A DNA stretch of 64,000 nt from Bacteroidota bacterium (GTDB lineage: Bacteria; Bacteroidota; Bacteroidia; Bacteroidales; ML635J-15), in contig JBNJGS010000003.1 in assembly GCA_051747965.1 (NCBI GenBank), forward strand, positions 7,125-71,124, in the 5' to 3' direction. Each line of letters opens with the position of its first letter. Position 1 is the stretch's first letter. The notes beneath the pieces were generated by a model. It was given only the letters and a program-made list of their open reading frames with translations, had not been told where the DNA came from and did not search any database. The translations under genes were made by a program, and so were the position numbers. Shown piece after piece: positions 20,507 through 30,813 of the stretch.

Positions 20507-22222
20507 TCAGAATGAATAATTCATTCCAAGCATCACGTGAAAACCATAAACCGGATACTGATTCCACATCTCATAATTTTGTCCTGCCAGGTTGTTAAGT
20601 TGGGCAAATGCGCTAAATTGCCGGCTTATACTATACCTTGCCCCGAGGTTAACATCAATCACCGGGTCAAGTTTTTCACTTACCACGCGTTGTGTATCAT
20701 CCAGCACAGGTGCATATCTGTCAGCCAGCACGAAGGCATCAGCATGAATTTCCAGCTGCGGCAACACCTTAAACCTTGCATACAGGCCTGACTCAACCCT
20801 GGGCACATGCCATGCTTTTTCAATATCTTTGAGCCAGATATACTGTCTGTATTTGCCATACAGCCTAAGGCCAAACTCATCTCCAAAGTTAAAATTCAGC
20901 TCTCCGTATGCTCTGAACATTTCCACATCGGAATAAGCCACTTCAAACCTGTTTCTCAGCAAGGAGCCATAATCATTGACAAAAAAGTGCTGGTTGTCTT
21001 TTTTGACATAATGCCCGTTGATATTGAATTGTACTTCTTCGGAGATTCGTCCTTTAAACCCAAGCACAATATGTTGTTTTTCATTCACTTCTCTAACGCC
21101 CAGGGTGTCCCTGATATAGGGATTTGTCCTACTCAGTGAGTTCATGCTTTGCTCCTGCAGATTTCCCGAAAATGATGCATAAGGCAATATGACATCACCT
21201 ATATTGTGTTCAATATACACATCCGGATAAAAATGATAAGAAGTTGAGTCTCCTTCAAATCTGGCCTTGGAGTGCAGCCCCAGCTTTAGTTTGAAATTAT
21301 CAGCATTGTGGGCCAGATAGGGTGAAAAATTGATGTACATCGGTGTATTTTCGTCAAAGCTGGCAGGTATCAACACGAGTCCGGCATCAGCGCCAATAAT
21401 TTCTTTTTTGATGGTTTTGTTCAGATTGAGGTCAAAATCCATCAGATGTTCCTGATTTTGTTTTGCATCAAACCAGAAATCATAATCGAGTGACACACGA
21501 TAATTCAAGGGTTCATGTTTGTGATAGCGGGATTTTGCTTCAGTACGCACTGACATCACGTTGTACCGCTGCATATGTTCATTGTCAATAAAGTCTGATT
21601 TATTCACCGGCCGGATATAATCTGCCGGCAGTTCAACACCCACGGAATTATAACCATAGAAAAAATGCTGATTGCTTGTGAAGTTCAGACTTCCTTTAAG
21701 TGTGGTTTCTGTAAACATTTTTTTTGCATGTACGCCTGCCAGGTTTTTATTGTACCCGGCAAAGACATTGTCCCTGACAATGTTGTCCAGCTTGCCGTGT
21801 CCGGAATGGTGAAGACCTCTGACACCCCAGTTTAAATCATTATCCCTGGTATTGTTATAATAGAGTTCTGCATTCAGCATCAGTTTACTTCCCAGAGCAA
21901 GACGTGCAAATCCGTTTTCAAGGGACTCTTTTGGTTCATCCTTAAGCTGTGCTGCACTAAGTGGATCGGGATTATAGCTGGTATTGAGTTTTTGACTAAA
22001 GATATCATAGTCGAACTCCGGTTTTACCGTGCTTGTATCGGTTATTTCAGGCAGAGTTTCCATTCTGAAAGCATCAGAAATCACAGGTGTATAATCGGTA
22101 ATCACCGTTACCTGCTGATTACTCAGATCACCGCTTTCTTCATCGTTTTGAGCCTGCAGTACACCGCCGGCCAAAAAAAGAAAAAGAATTATCAGGCTGT
22201 GTTTTTTCATATCTTTACTCAT
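20507..22222 (-). CDS. Outer-membrane beta-barrel protein (TonB-receptor-like)
   Basis: Signal peptide, alternating beta-strand pattern, NLAGQNYEMW..YP and terminal GMNYSF; start overlaps the TPR gene stop. Confidence 0.8.
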   Translation of the reverse strand: MSKDMKKHSLIILFLFLAGGVLQAQNDEESGDLSNQQVTVITDYTPVISDAFRMETLPEITDTSTVKPEFDYDIFSQKLNTSYNPDPLSAAQLKDEPKESLENGFARLALGSKLMLNAELYYNNTRDNDLNWGVRGLHHSGHGKLDNIVRDNVFAGYNKNLAGVHAKKMFTETTLKGSLNFTSNQHFFYGYNSVGVELPADYIRPVNKSDFIDNEHMQRYNVMSVRTEAKSRYHKHEPLNYRVSLDYDFWFDAKQNQEHLMDFDLNLNKTIKKEIIGADAGLVLIPASFDENTPMYINFSPYLAHNADNFKLKLGLHSKARFEGDSTSYHFYPDVYIEHNIGDVILPYASFSGNLQEQSMNSLSRTNPYIRDTLGVREVNEKQHIVLGFKGRISEEVQFNINGHYVKKDNQHFFVNDYGSLLRNRFEVAYSDVEMFRAYGELNFNFGDEFGLRLYGKYRQYIWLKDIEKAWHVPRVESGLYARFKVLPQLEIHADAFVLADRYAPVLDDTQRVVSEKLDPVIDVNLGARYSISRQFSAFAQLNNLAGQNYEMWNQYPVYGFHVMLGMNYSF

Positions 22223-25200
22223 TGTCTTCGGGTGTTTGGGATTCGTCAATCGGGTTATTGTTCTGCGGAACGGAATCATTTTGCACTGAATCCTCAGGCA
22301 TCTGTTCCTTTACTCTCCGGCTTTTATCCTGCATTGCTTCGTTTTCTTCAAGCTTAATCACTTCCTGCAGTTTGTCCTGGGCTTCAAGTTTAATACCATC
22401 GCTTTCACTGTTATAATTATCGATAACAGATTGCAGGATATGCCTTGCCTGGAAGTAAGCCTCCTTATCGGTATAAATATCCGCCAGTAGAAGGAAGCTT
22501 TTTGCCAGCCAGTATCTGTGCGGACTGGATTGTTTTGAAAATTCCGTAATCACATTTTCTGCAATGGTATCATTTCCCTGCTGCAGGTTAATCAGTGCTA
22601 CATGGTATTTGGCTTCACCACCTTCATAGCTGGTAACTTCATTGCTGAGTTTTTTAAATGCACTAAGTGCCAGGTGTAATCTGTCCGTGTAGTAATAGGC
22701 TTTTGCCAGCTTATACTGTGCTTCCCGTTCCTGAGCATCATTCAGCTTTTCTGTTTCAAGCGCTCTCTGAGCGGCGGGTATCATTTTTTCATAATTCTCA
22801 TTCAGATAGGCGGCTCTCATCATACCCAGCCGGGCCATCAGCAAGCGGTCTTTTTGTTCAGTGAGTTCCTCCAGTCCTTCATAATATGTAAAAGCCTTAT
22901 CATACAGCTCTCTGTCAAAAGAAATGCTGGCGGCCTTCATATATGCGTTTTCAGAAAACTCATTATTGGGCCTGCTAATGACATTTTCATATGCTTTTAG
23001 CGCTTTGTCTTCCATGTCCTCGCTATCACAGCTAACTGCCAGATAATAATTGGCTTTGAGAATGTAATGTCCGTTGGGATATTTGTCCAGATATCTTTCA
23101 AAGGCCTCAATGGCAGGCATGATTTCATTATCACGATATAAGTTTTCAGCAGTTCTGTAGGTAAGAGAATCTTTCTCGAAATCTGTGATATCGGTATCAA
23201 TGCCTTCCGCCTCAATATAATTCACATAGTAATCTGGATCATTCATTTCAACAGAAATATTTTTTATCATCTCCAAAGCAGTTACAGCTTCGTTGGTGCC
23301 GGGAAATTTTGCAACAATGGTTTTGTACGCATCCAGAGAATTTTCAAGCTGTTGTTTATTATAGTACAGATTGGCAAGTCCGCTAAGGGCTGACTTCATT
23401 TTGATACCATTGGGATAATTGTCAATGTACTGATTGTAATAATAAATTGCTGAATCCCTGTTCTCGAGGTTGGAGTGATAAGTACGACCAATTTGATAGG
23501 TAGAGCTGCCTTTGTACCGGGATTCAGGAAATTCACGCTGCAGGCTTAGCAGGGATTGTATCATACCCTGATGGTTTTTCAGCCGGCCCTGAGAAAGAGC
23601 TTTTTGATAATAAGCATAATCGGCATCATAACGGCAATTATCAACGGATTTATCGTAATAATCGCGTGCAGCACCGAAAGAAGATTGTACAAAATAGCTA
23701 TCTCCTATTCTGTTCCATGCATCACAAAGCATTTCTGTGGATGTATCTCCTACATGATCTTCGTATTTTCTGAACCAGATTCCGGCTTCTTTATAATTTT
23801 TCTTTTTAAAATACGCATAGCCAATGTTGTAATGTGCTTTACCGTATTCTTTCAGGCTGATGGCTCCGCTTGTCCGTAGAAATTTGTTGAACAGATCAAT
23901 ACTGGCATCGTACTTTTTCTGCCGGTAGAGTGCATCGGCTTTCCAGTAATAGGCGAGTGCTTTGTATCTGGAGCTATATTGCTTATGCTCCAGGGACATA
24001 TCGAGATACTTGTACACATTTTCAAAATCCAGGTCTGCAAAAGACTCCAGGGCACGATAGTAAGCCAGTCGCTGGTATGCACCTTTTATCTCGGGGGTGA
24101 GATTTGGCATATCATCAATCACACTGAGTGCTGCTTCGTAGTTTTGTGTACTGAGCAATGCATCAAGCATGTATTCATAAGCTTCATCAATTCTCACTGA
24201 GTTGGGATACGTTTCAATAAACTGCTTTAAGGAATTGATGGCTTCATTGAAGGGTGAGTAATCCAATTCAAAACATAGTTTGGCGTAATTATAGAGCGCG
24301 TCTTCGCTGATGTTTTTATCGAAATCATTTTGTGCTGCAATGCCAAACGCTGTTTTTGCTTTATTTTTATTTTCCTGATGAATAAAACACATACCGAGGT
24401 GATAGGCAGCATTTTGGGTCAAAGAATCTTCAACACCAATCACCTCCTGAAAATAATCAGCAGCCTGATTATAATTATCCTGCCTGAAATGTGCATATGC
24501 CATTTGATAGTATTCAACATCATTGATTTCCTCAACATTTTCCCGATACATATTAAAATACTTCAGGGCTTTCGTGTAGTTTTCCAGCTCAAAATGGGCC
24601 TCTGCAATGATGCGTGCTATTTCGGCGGTTCTTTCACTTTCGATGCTTGTTAGCAGGGGGGGAGCATAATCGATGATGGCTTCGTATTTTTCCTGCAGGA
24701 GGTAAATTTGTGTAATATAAAAAGGTACGATTTGAGCGAACAGAGCATGATCACTCAGGGATTCAAACCCATTCAGAGCGGTTTGATACTGCTGATTCAG
24801 GTATTTGATATGTGAATAAAAATAGGTAGCAAGCGGTCCGTAGAAATCATCCTTATCTTTGATTTCAAAGAAAGCTTTATCTGCCTGATTGTATTCTTTC
24901 CTGGCATAATGACAAAATCCTTTTTTGAAATAATATTCACTGAGCTGCTCATCGGGCAGGTTGAGCTTATCAACTTTATCGTACCATTTCAGTGCAGACC
25001 GATACTTTTTCTGACGGTAATAATGATTGGCCAGGGTAAAACTTGCCTGATTGATTTTCGGATTTTCAGGATGCTGATGAATAAATTCTTCAATGAGATG
25101 ACTCACATCCAGATTATAAAGTTTCATTGCACACATAGCAGCAAAATATTCCGCATCTTCTTTCAGCAAGGCATCATCCTGACTATGCCTTTGTGCAAAT

Positions 25201-25382
25201 TCGTTGAAGGCTCTTTGGGCAGCGCTGTACTTTTTATGTTTGTACAGGACCATTGCCTTGTCAAATTTTTCTTGTCTGTTGTCATATCGCACACTCTCCT
25301 GGGCAGAAACCAGCATACCCGAGAACAGGAGAATTACAGCCAGTGCTGATATTTTTATTGACTTGCCAGTTATATATTGCAT
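22215..25382 (-). CDS. Large exported tetratricopeptide-repeat protein (1055 aa)
   Basis: Signal peptide followed by many TPR-like helical repeats (YY.G..Y....Y..A...F, YP.S motifs). Confidence 0.92.
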   Translation of the reverse strand: MQYITGKSIKISALAVILLFSGMLVSAQESVRYDNRQEKFDKAMVLYKHKKYSAAQRAFNEFAQRHSQDDALLKEDAEYFAAMCAMKLYNLDVSHLIEEFIHQHPENPKINQASFTLANHYYRQKKYRSALKWYDKVDKLNLPDEQLSEYYFKKGFCHYARKEYNQADKAFFEIKDKDDFYGPLATYFYSHIKYLNQQYQTALNGFESLSDHALFAQIVPFYITQIYLLQEKYEAIIDYAPPLLTSIESERTAEIARIIAEAHFELENYTKALKYFNMYRENVEEINDVEYYQMAYAHFRQDNYNQAADYFQEVIGVEDSLTQNAAYHLGMCFIHQENKNKAKTAFGIAAQNDFDKNISEDALYNYAKLCFELDYSPFNEAINSLKQFIETYPNSVRIDEAYEYMLDALLSTQNYEAALSVIDDMPNLTPEIKGAYQRLAYYRALESFADLDFENVYKYLDMSLEHKQYSSRYKALAYYWKADALYRQKKYDASIDLFNKFLRTSGAISLKEYGKAHYNIGYAYFKKKNYKEAGIWFRKYEDHVGDTSTEMLCDAWNRIGDSYFVQSSFGAARDYYDKSVDNCRYDADYAYYQKALSQGRLKNHQGMIQSLLSLQREFPESRYKGSSTYQIGRTYHSNLENRDSAIYYYNQYIDNYPNGIKMKSALSGLANLYYNKQQLENSLDAYKTIVAKFPGTNEAVTALEMIKNISVEMNDPDYYVNYIEAEGIDTDITDFEKDSLTYRTAENLYRDNEIMPAIEAFERYLDKYPNGHYILKANYYLAVSCDSEDMEDKALKAYENVISRPNNEFSENAYMKAASISFDRELYDKAFTYYEGLEELTEQKDRLLMARLGMMRAAYLNENYEKMIPAAQRALETEKLNDAQEREAQYKLAKAYYYTDRLHLALSAFKKLSNEVTSYEGGEAKYHVALINLQQGNDTIAENVITEFSKQSSPHRYWLAKSFLLLADIYTDKEAYFQARHILQSVIDNYNSESDGIKLEAQDKLQEVIKLEENEAMQDKSRRVKEQMPEDSVQNDSVPQNNNPIDESQTPEDNE

Positions 25383-25535
25383 AAATCTCTGTTTATTAAT
25401 ATTTTACAAGGTACTTATTTTGGATTTAAAGGTAAGGATAATTCATCAGCCTGCGATGGGTGGAAATAGCTTTTAATTAACAATACACTGTTTATTTCTA
25501 ACACATATAGATTCAGTCACTTGCCATTTTATGTT

Positions 25536-25543
25536 TACCTTTG
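25536..25543 (+). promoter_or_regulatory. Bacteroidota -7 element (TACCTTTG)
   Basis: TAnnTTTG upstream of the ftsE-like gene. Confidence 0.6.
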
Positions 25544-25589
25544 TCAGCATAGGTTTTATTATTAACCCAAACAAGAACAGTTTTATTGC

Positions 25590-26345
25590 ATGGAAGCAAA
25601 AAACAAGTCATCAGATATTATAGTCAGGCTGGTGCATGCCGAAATAAACCAGTCAGATAAAAACATTCTCACAGATGTAAATCTTGAGATTAAAACAGGA
25701 GACTTTTATTACATCATCGGAAAGGTTGGATGTGGAAAAACCAGTCTCCTTAAGGCTTTGTATGCTGACATTCCTGTAATAGCTGATGAGGCCAAAGTTG
25801 CAGGTTTTGATCTTACCCGGCTAAAACCCAGCCATATTCCAAAATTGAGACGCAAACTGGGTATTGTGTTTCAGGATTTTCAGTTGCTGAGTGACCGTAC
25901 CGTATACAAAAACCTTCTTTTTGCACTTAAAGCCACGGGCTGGAAGAGCCAAAGAGAGATGGACCGGCAAATTGATGCTGTTCTGGACAAAGTAGATATG
26001 GTATCTGAAAAACACAAAATGCCACATACCCTATCCGGAGGAGAACAACAAAGGGTTGTCATTGCCAGAGCATTGCTTAATGAGCCTGAAATCATTCTGG
26101 CAGATGAACCTACCGGCAACCTTGACCCCAAATCAGGAGGACAGATCATAGAAATTCTACGCAAAATCAGGGATAACGGCAAGGCCGTTTTGATGGTAAC
26201 ACACAATTACAGCCTGATCCGTGATTTTCCTGAACCAAGCCTGGTCATTGAAGATGGCAAAATGTCAGGTGAGGGCACAGAAGTTTCACAGCTTGATTTT
26301 GGAAAATTCTCAGATGGCTCTGAAGACCTCAAGCTGTTTGAGTGA
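25590..26345 (+). CDS. ftsE: FtsE-like ABC ATP-binding protein
   Basis: Walker A GKVGCGKT, LRRKLGIVFQDFQLL, LSGGEQQR, ILADEPTGNLDP. Confidence 0.85.
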   Translation: MEAKNKSSDIIVRLVHAEINQSDKNILTDVNLEIKTGDFYYIIGKVGCGKTSLLKALYADIPVIADEAKVAGFDLTRLKPSHIPKLRRKLGIVFQDFQLLSDRTVYKNLLFALKATGWKSQREMDRQIDAVLDKVDMVSEKHKMPHTLSGGEQQRVVIARALLNEPEIILADEPTGNLDPKSGGQIIEILRKIRDNGKAVLMVTHNYSLIRDFPEPSLVIEDGKMSGEGTEVSQLDFGKFSDGSEDLKLFE

Positions 26346-27407
26346 TTCGGATTCCCAGTTATATTTCTTTAACGTCTCTTTTGCATTTTGCCTGTAGATG
26401 GCCAGTTTTTCCTTGTCTCTGTACATCAAATTAATTTCTGAGGCAAGCTTTTCTGCTTCTGCATCCGGGGTCACCCATCTGCCAATATTGGCTGCTTCAA
26501 CAAATGCTCTCATTTCAGGCAAATCACTCACAAGAACAGGCACACCGGCACGCATATAATCAAACAACTTGTTTGGCAATGCATAACGGTAGTTCAGTCC
26601 CATATCCGCCTCAAGACTCACTCCAATGGAGGCATGTATTGTAATGGCCGCCAGTTTATCAAAATCCAATCTCCCGGGTATAAATATTCTATCTTTGTAA
26701 GGCAAGGCTTCGCATTTTTGCCGTATTCTTTTTTCCAGCGGTCCGGTGCCGGCAATCAGCAAATCCAGATCCGGCAAATATTTCATGGCATTTATGAGCT
26801 TTTCAATGCCCCGGCCGGTATTGAGACTACCCTGATATATAATAAAATCCTGTTCAGGCAATACCGGTGGCTTGACCAGTGTTTTTTGGGACTTATAAGG
26901 GAGATTTCTTATCACAGAAAATTCTACCCCGTGCTTGCTTTTATAATAAGCGGCAATGCTGTCAGAAACCGTATAAGCAGCATCCACTTTGGGTATCAGC
27001 CATGACTCAAGCTTCTGCCAGACTTTTCGTACAAATTTGCGGTTTTGCAGTTCAGGTACCTCTGAAAACAGTTCATGACTATCAAAAACCAGCTTTTTCC
27101 CACGGATTTTTGAAGCGGCCCATCCTGCAGGCAGTGTGTCCATATCACAAGCCAAAACAACATCCCAAGGGCGGAAAAGGAGAAAAAAGAACATCCGGAC
27201 ATTATAACAGGCATAAAACAAAAAGCCCTTTTTACATAAAAAACGCAGGCGTTTTGTGGAATATGGTCGCTGAATTTTGCCCGATTGCGGCATTTTTCTG
27301 CCGGTTAAACAAACCTGAAAGCCATTTTCGCTCAGGTTCAAAGCAGTTTTATGCATGCGTTGATCTGTCGCTAAGTCGTTTGTTACTGTAATGTAAATAC
27401 TTTTCAC
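26310..27407 (-). CDS. Glycosyltransferase family 4
   Basis: NDLATDQR, FDSHELF, YQGSL..GRG, ALPNKLFDYMRAGVPVL..D, YNWE. Confidence 0.92.
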   Translation of the reverse strand: MKSIYITVTNDLATDQRMHKTALNLSENGFQVCLTGRKMPQSGKIQRPYSTKRLRFLCKKGFLFYACYNVRMFFFLLFRPWDVVLACDMDTLPAGWAASKIRGKKLVFDSHELFSEVPELQNRKFVRKVWQKLESWLIPKVDAAYTVSDSIAAYYKSKHGVEFSVIRNLPYKSQKTLVKPPVLPEQDFIIYQGSLNTGRGIEKLINAMKYLPDLDLLIAGTGPLEKRIRQKCEALPYKDRIFIPGRLDFDKLAAITIHASIGVSLEADMGLNYRYALPNKLFDYMRAGVPVLVSDLPEMRAFVEAANIGRWVTPDAEAEKLASEINLMYRDKEKLAIYRQNAKETLKKYNWESESLKQLEVFRAI

Positions 27408-27452
27408 GTCTTGCCGTTTAAAACTCTAAATTAGAAAAAAAACAAGATTCCC

Positions 27453-27470
27453 TACATTTGTTTACATTTG
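27453..27470 (+). promoter_or_regulatory. Tandem -7 elements TACATTTG-TT-TACATTTG upstream of murB
   Basis: Two exact copies 10 bp apart. Confidence 0.55.
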
Positions 27471-27488
27471 TAAAAAAGGAAAACATTT

Positions 27489-28487
27489 ATGGAAACGAAT
27501 TTTCCACTGAAAGATTTCAATACTTTTCATTTTGATGTACAGGCCAGGTGGTTTGATACTGTAGGCAAGCCAGAAGAACTCAAAGAGAAAATACTTCAAT
27601 CTGAATTTTCCACTGAAAAAATCCTCATACTGGGTGGGGGCTCCAACATCGTATTCAGGGAAGATTTTCATGGCCTGGTATTGCATCCAACAGAGCAAAG
27701 CTTTGAGGTTAAGGAAGAAAGCGAAGAGGAAGTTGTGCTAAAAGTCAGTTCCGGCTATGATTGGGATGAATTTGTTTCCAGGACAATAAAACAGGGATAT
27801 TACGGCCTGGAGAACCTTTCACTTATTCCGGGTCAGGTTGGTGCTGCGCCCATACAAAACATCGGGGCATACGGTGTTGAAGTCAGGGACTTCATAGAGA
27901 GTGTTGAGGGATTTTACCTTGATACCGGTGAAGATTTTAAGCTTCCGGCAGAATCATGCCGGTTTGATTACAGAGACTCTGTTTTCAAAGGTGAATTGCG
28001 TGGTAAAGTTTTCATTTCCTATGTCAACTTCAGGCTTAGTAAAAAAGCCAGACCAAATATTGCCTATGGCAGCATCACAGAAATGCTTGCCGGAAAAGAG
28101 CCTGCTCCTCTAGCGGTAAGGGAAGCTGTAATTGCAATACGGGAAGCAAAACTTCCCGATCCTGACAAAATCGGTAATGCAGGAAGTTTCTTTAAAAACC
28201 CGATAATCTCAAAAGCCCAGTTTGAGTTAATAAAATCAGATTATCCGGAAGTCAAATCCTATCCTGTGGGTGATTCTATAAAGGTTCCTGCCGGCTGGCT
28301 GATTGACAGGGCCGGATGGAAAGCACACCGTGTCGGGGATGCAGGTGTACATCCAAACCAGGCACTTGTGCTGGTAAACTATGGCATGGCAGGCCCCGAC
28401 GATATACTCAGACTTGCAGAACAAATTCGTGAAGACATACATTACAAATTTGGTATCGAACTGGAACTGGAAGTCAGGTTAGAATAA
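27489..28487 (+). CDS. murB: UDP-N-acetylenolpyruvoylglucosamine reductase
   Basis: LGGGSN, GLENLSLIPG, APIQNIGAYG, YRDSVFK, GNAGSFFKNP, LELEV. Confidence 0.97.
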   Translation: METNFPLKDFNTFHFDVQARWFDTVGKPEELKEKILQSEFSTEKILILGGGSNIVFREDFHGLVLHPTEQSFEVKEESEEEVVLKVSSGYDWDEFVSRTIKQGYYGLENLSLIPGQVGAAPIQNIGAYGVEVRDFIESVEGFYLDTGEDFKLPAESCRFDYRDSVFKGELRGKVFISYVNFRLSKKARPNIAYGSITEMLAGKEPAPLAVREAVIAIREAKLPDPDKIGNAGSFFKNPIISKAQFELIKSDYPEVKSYPVGDSIKVPAGWLIDRAGWKAHRVGDAGVHPNQALVLVNYGMAGPDDILRLAEQIREDIHYKFGIELELEVRLE

Positions 28488-28509
28488 TCAAACTGAAACA
28501 AAACCTATC

Positions 28510-29979
28510 ATGAGATTAAGAAAAAAAATCCGCCGCTCAGGCATTGTATTTGTTTTCCTGCTTTTTGCTCAGCCTCTGTTCTCACAACAAGGCTTTGATT
28601 GTTATACCATAATTGCCGGAAAAAATGCCACAAAATCCGGAAGCATAATGCTGGCACATAATGAGGATGATTATGGTGAAAATATCCTCAGCATGCATGC
28701 CCTGAAAAACGAAACTCATCCCAAAGGCAAGCTATACAAATTAAAAAACGGTGCAAAACTCAGGGAAGGCACTGAGGCATATGCTGCCCTGTGGATGCAA
28801 ATGCCAGGCCAGGATTTTGCAGATTGCTATGTCAATGAGCATGCTGTATGCATTGTATCAAATGCATGCCCTTCCAGGGAGAATGAGCCTGAAACAGAGA
28901 ATGGCGGTATCGGATACTATCTGCGCAGGATCATGGCACGCAATGCTTCTACGGCACGCGAAGCCGTTGAGCTGGCAGGCAGGCTCATTGAAACATATGG
29001 GTATGATTCACCGGGCCGCAGTTATTCCATCGCTGATAAAAATGAAGCATGGGTGATGGCTGTTGTTCATGGAAAACACTGGGTGGCACAGCGTGTCCCA
29101 GACAATGAGGTCATGTTTATTTCCAATTACTACACCATTCAGGAAGTGGACCTGGATGATAAGGAAAACTACCTGGGATCATCTGATTTAATTAACTACG
29201 CCATTGAAAGAAAATGGTATAATCCGGACAAAGACGACAAATTCAATTTCAGAAAAGCTTACGGCAAGCCTGAAAGCCTGGCACATCCCGGAAATATCAT
29301 GAGAAAATGGCAGGGGCTGTCGCTTGTTACAGAAGCACCTGTTCCCCTGAATAAGCCCATGCCTTTTTCGGTACAAACAGAGAGAAAGCTTGATGCCACA
29401 GATTTTATGCGTATACTTGAAAATCACTACGAAGGCACAGAATTTGATGAAAGTCAGCGCTACCGTTGCGGCAATCCACATGAGGGTGGCATCAATGCCA
29501 TTTGCTCCGACATCAATCAGTATGGCTTTGTTGCTGAGCTGCGGGAAGATATCCCTGAAAAGATGGGGGTTTTACTCTGGCTTGCATTCAGAAGGCCCTG
29601 CATCCAGCCTTTCATACCAGTTTATTCAGGTACAAATGATTTCCCCGGAAGGTATCATCATTCCTCGCCGGAAAAAGCACTGGATAAACACTTTGTTTCT
29701 TTGTCAATTGATGAGTTAGGCAAGCAGCATGCGTTTGTGGATTATATTTCTTTTGCAAAGCTTGTGGATGAGAACTACGCGGAAAGCATTTCTGATTTAA
29801 AAACTCAAAAAAGACAGCTTGAGAAAGAATATACAGAAATGGCGGCAGGTTTTGAAGAGAAATACAAAAAGATTGAAAATCAGGAAAAAGCAGACACTGC
29901 ATTAAATGATTTCACGGAATTGGTACTTAGCATGAATCACGATAAGATACGTCGCTGGCTGACACAGCACAGAGATTAA
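28510..29979 (+). CDS. Peptidase family C69 (dipeptidase/secernin-like)
   Basis: Signal peptide then nucleophile motif CYTIIAGKNAT..AHNED; AREAVELAG..YGY; HWVAQRVPD. Confidence 0.9.
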   Translation: MRLRKKIRRSGIVFVFLLFAQPLFSQQGFDCYTIIAGKNATKSGSIMLAHNEDDYGENILSMHALKNETHPKGKLYKLKNGAKLREGTEAYAALWMQMPGQDFADCYVNEHAVCIVSNACPSRENEPETENGGIGYYLRRIMARNASTAREAVELAGRLIETYGYDSPGRSYSIADKNEAWVMAVVHGKHWVAQRVPDNEVMFISNYYTIQEVDLDDKENYLGSSDLINYAIERKWYNPDKDDKFNFRKAYGKPESLAHPGNIMRKWQGLSLVTEAPVPLNKPMPFSVQTERKLDATDFMRILENHYEGTEFDESQRYRCGNPHEGGINAICSDINQYGFVAELREDIPEKMGVLLWLAFRRPCIQPFIPVYSGTNDFPGRYHHSSPEKALDKHFVSLSIDELGKQHAFVDYISFAKLVDENYAESISDLKTQKRQLEKEYTEMAAGFEEKYKKIENQEKADTALNDFTELVLSMNHDKIRRWLTQHRD

Positions 29980-30788
29980 TCATCGGGGACAAGATAATCC
30001 AGTGCTTCACCGAGTTTTACGGGTGATAATGTATTCCGGTGATTCATAATTCCCGGGCTAAGCAAGACTACTGAAGAGCCGAGGTAGAAAACAGCAATCT
30101 GCTCTCCTTGTCTGAAGCTGGTTTTTCCGGAAAAATCTGAAAAAACCTTTATTTCTTTTCCTGAAGGAGCCCTTCCTCTGAGCGGTTCCAACGAAATATT
30201 ACCAACATTTAAGGCAGCAATTAAAACCAAAGAAATCTCACCCCAGGCTGTTTGTGCACGCATCACGACCCTTTCATTTTTCAGATAAACCGGCTTTTTT
30301 CGTGCAGTTGCAGGGGCAACTGTATAATAATATCCCGGGATATATTTGATACTGATGACCTCCATATCACATGGTGCATGAACATGATGATAATCTGATG
30401 GACTCAAATAAAGATTGATATATCCCTTGTATTTTACATTTTCAGATTTGATCAATTCGTTAACAGATATTTCCTGCTTTTTTATCTGCAACATTTTTCC
30501 ATCAGTAATTTCTCCGGCTGCATAGATTTGTCCTTCTGCCGGTGCGGAGAGCACGCCGGAGAACTTCCGCATCCCGGGTTTGAAGCTTCTGGTAAAAAAC
30601 TGATTAAAGGAAGCAGATTGATTCAGGTCAAAATCATACCATTCCAGTGGAATTGAAAAAATTTTAGCATAGATTCTGACTACAGGTTTCAGCAGGAAAG
30701 GTGGCAGCTTTATTCCTGACAAAAAAGCAACAATTCTGCATAAAAGTCTTTGAAAAAAAAGTTTCACCGGTATATCTTTTCCAGCCAA
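29976..30788 (-). CDS. psd: Phosphatidylserine decarboxylase proenzyme
   Basis: SFNQFFTR, YLSPSDYHHVHAP, NERV, and self-cleavage site F.LGSSVV. Confidence 0.88.
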   Translation of the reverse strand: MAGKDIPVKLFFQRLLCRIVAFLSGIKLPPFLLKPVVRIYAKIFSIPLEWYDFDLNQSASFNQFFTRSFKPGMRKFSGVLSAPAEGQIYAAGEITDGKMLQIKKQEISVNELIKSENVKYKGYINLYLSPSDYHHVHAPCDMEVISIKYIPGYYYTVAPATARKKPVYLKNERVVMRAQTAWGEISLVLIAALNVGNISLEPLRGRAPSGKEIKVFSDFSGKTSFRQGEQIAVFYLGSSVVLLSPGIMNHRNTLSPVKLGEALDYLVPDD

Positions 30789-30813
30789 GTTATAAAAAAG
30801 GAAGCAAACCGGC

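Noticed and set aside
26310..26345. Convergent 3' overlaps (ftsE/GT4 36 bp; also 29976-29979 and 45035-45038)
   Set aside because: Short tail-to-tail overlaps are ordinary in compact genomes
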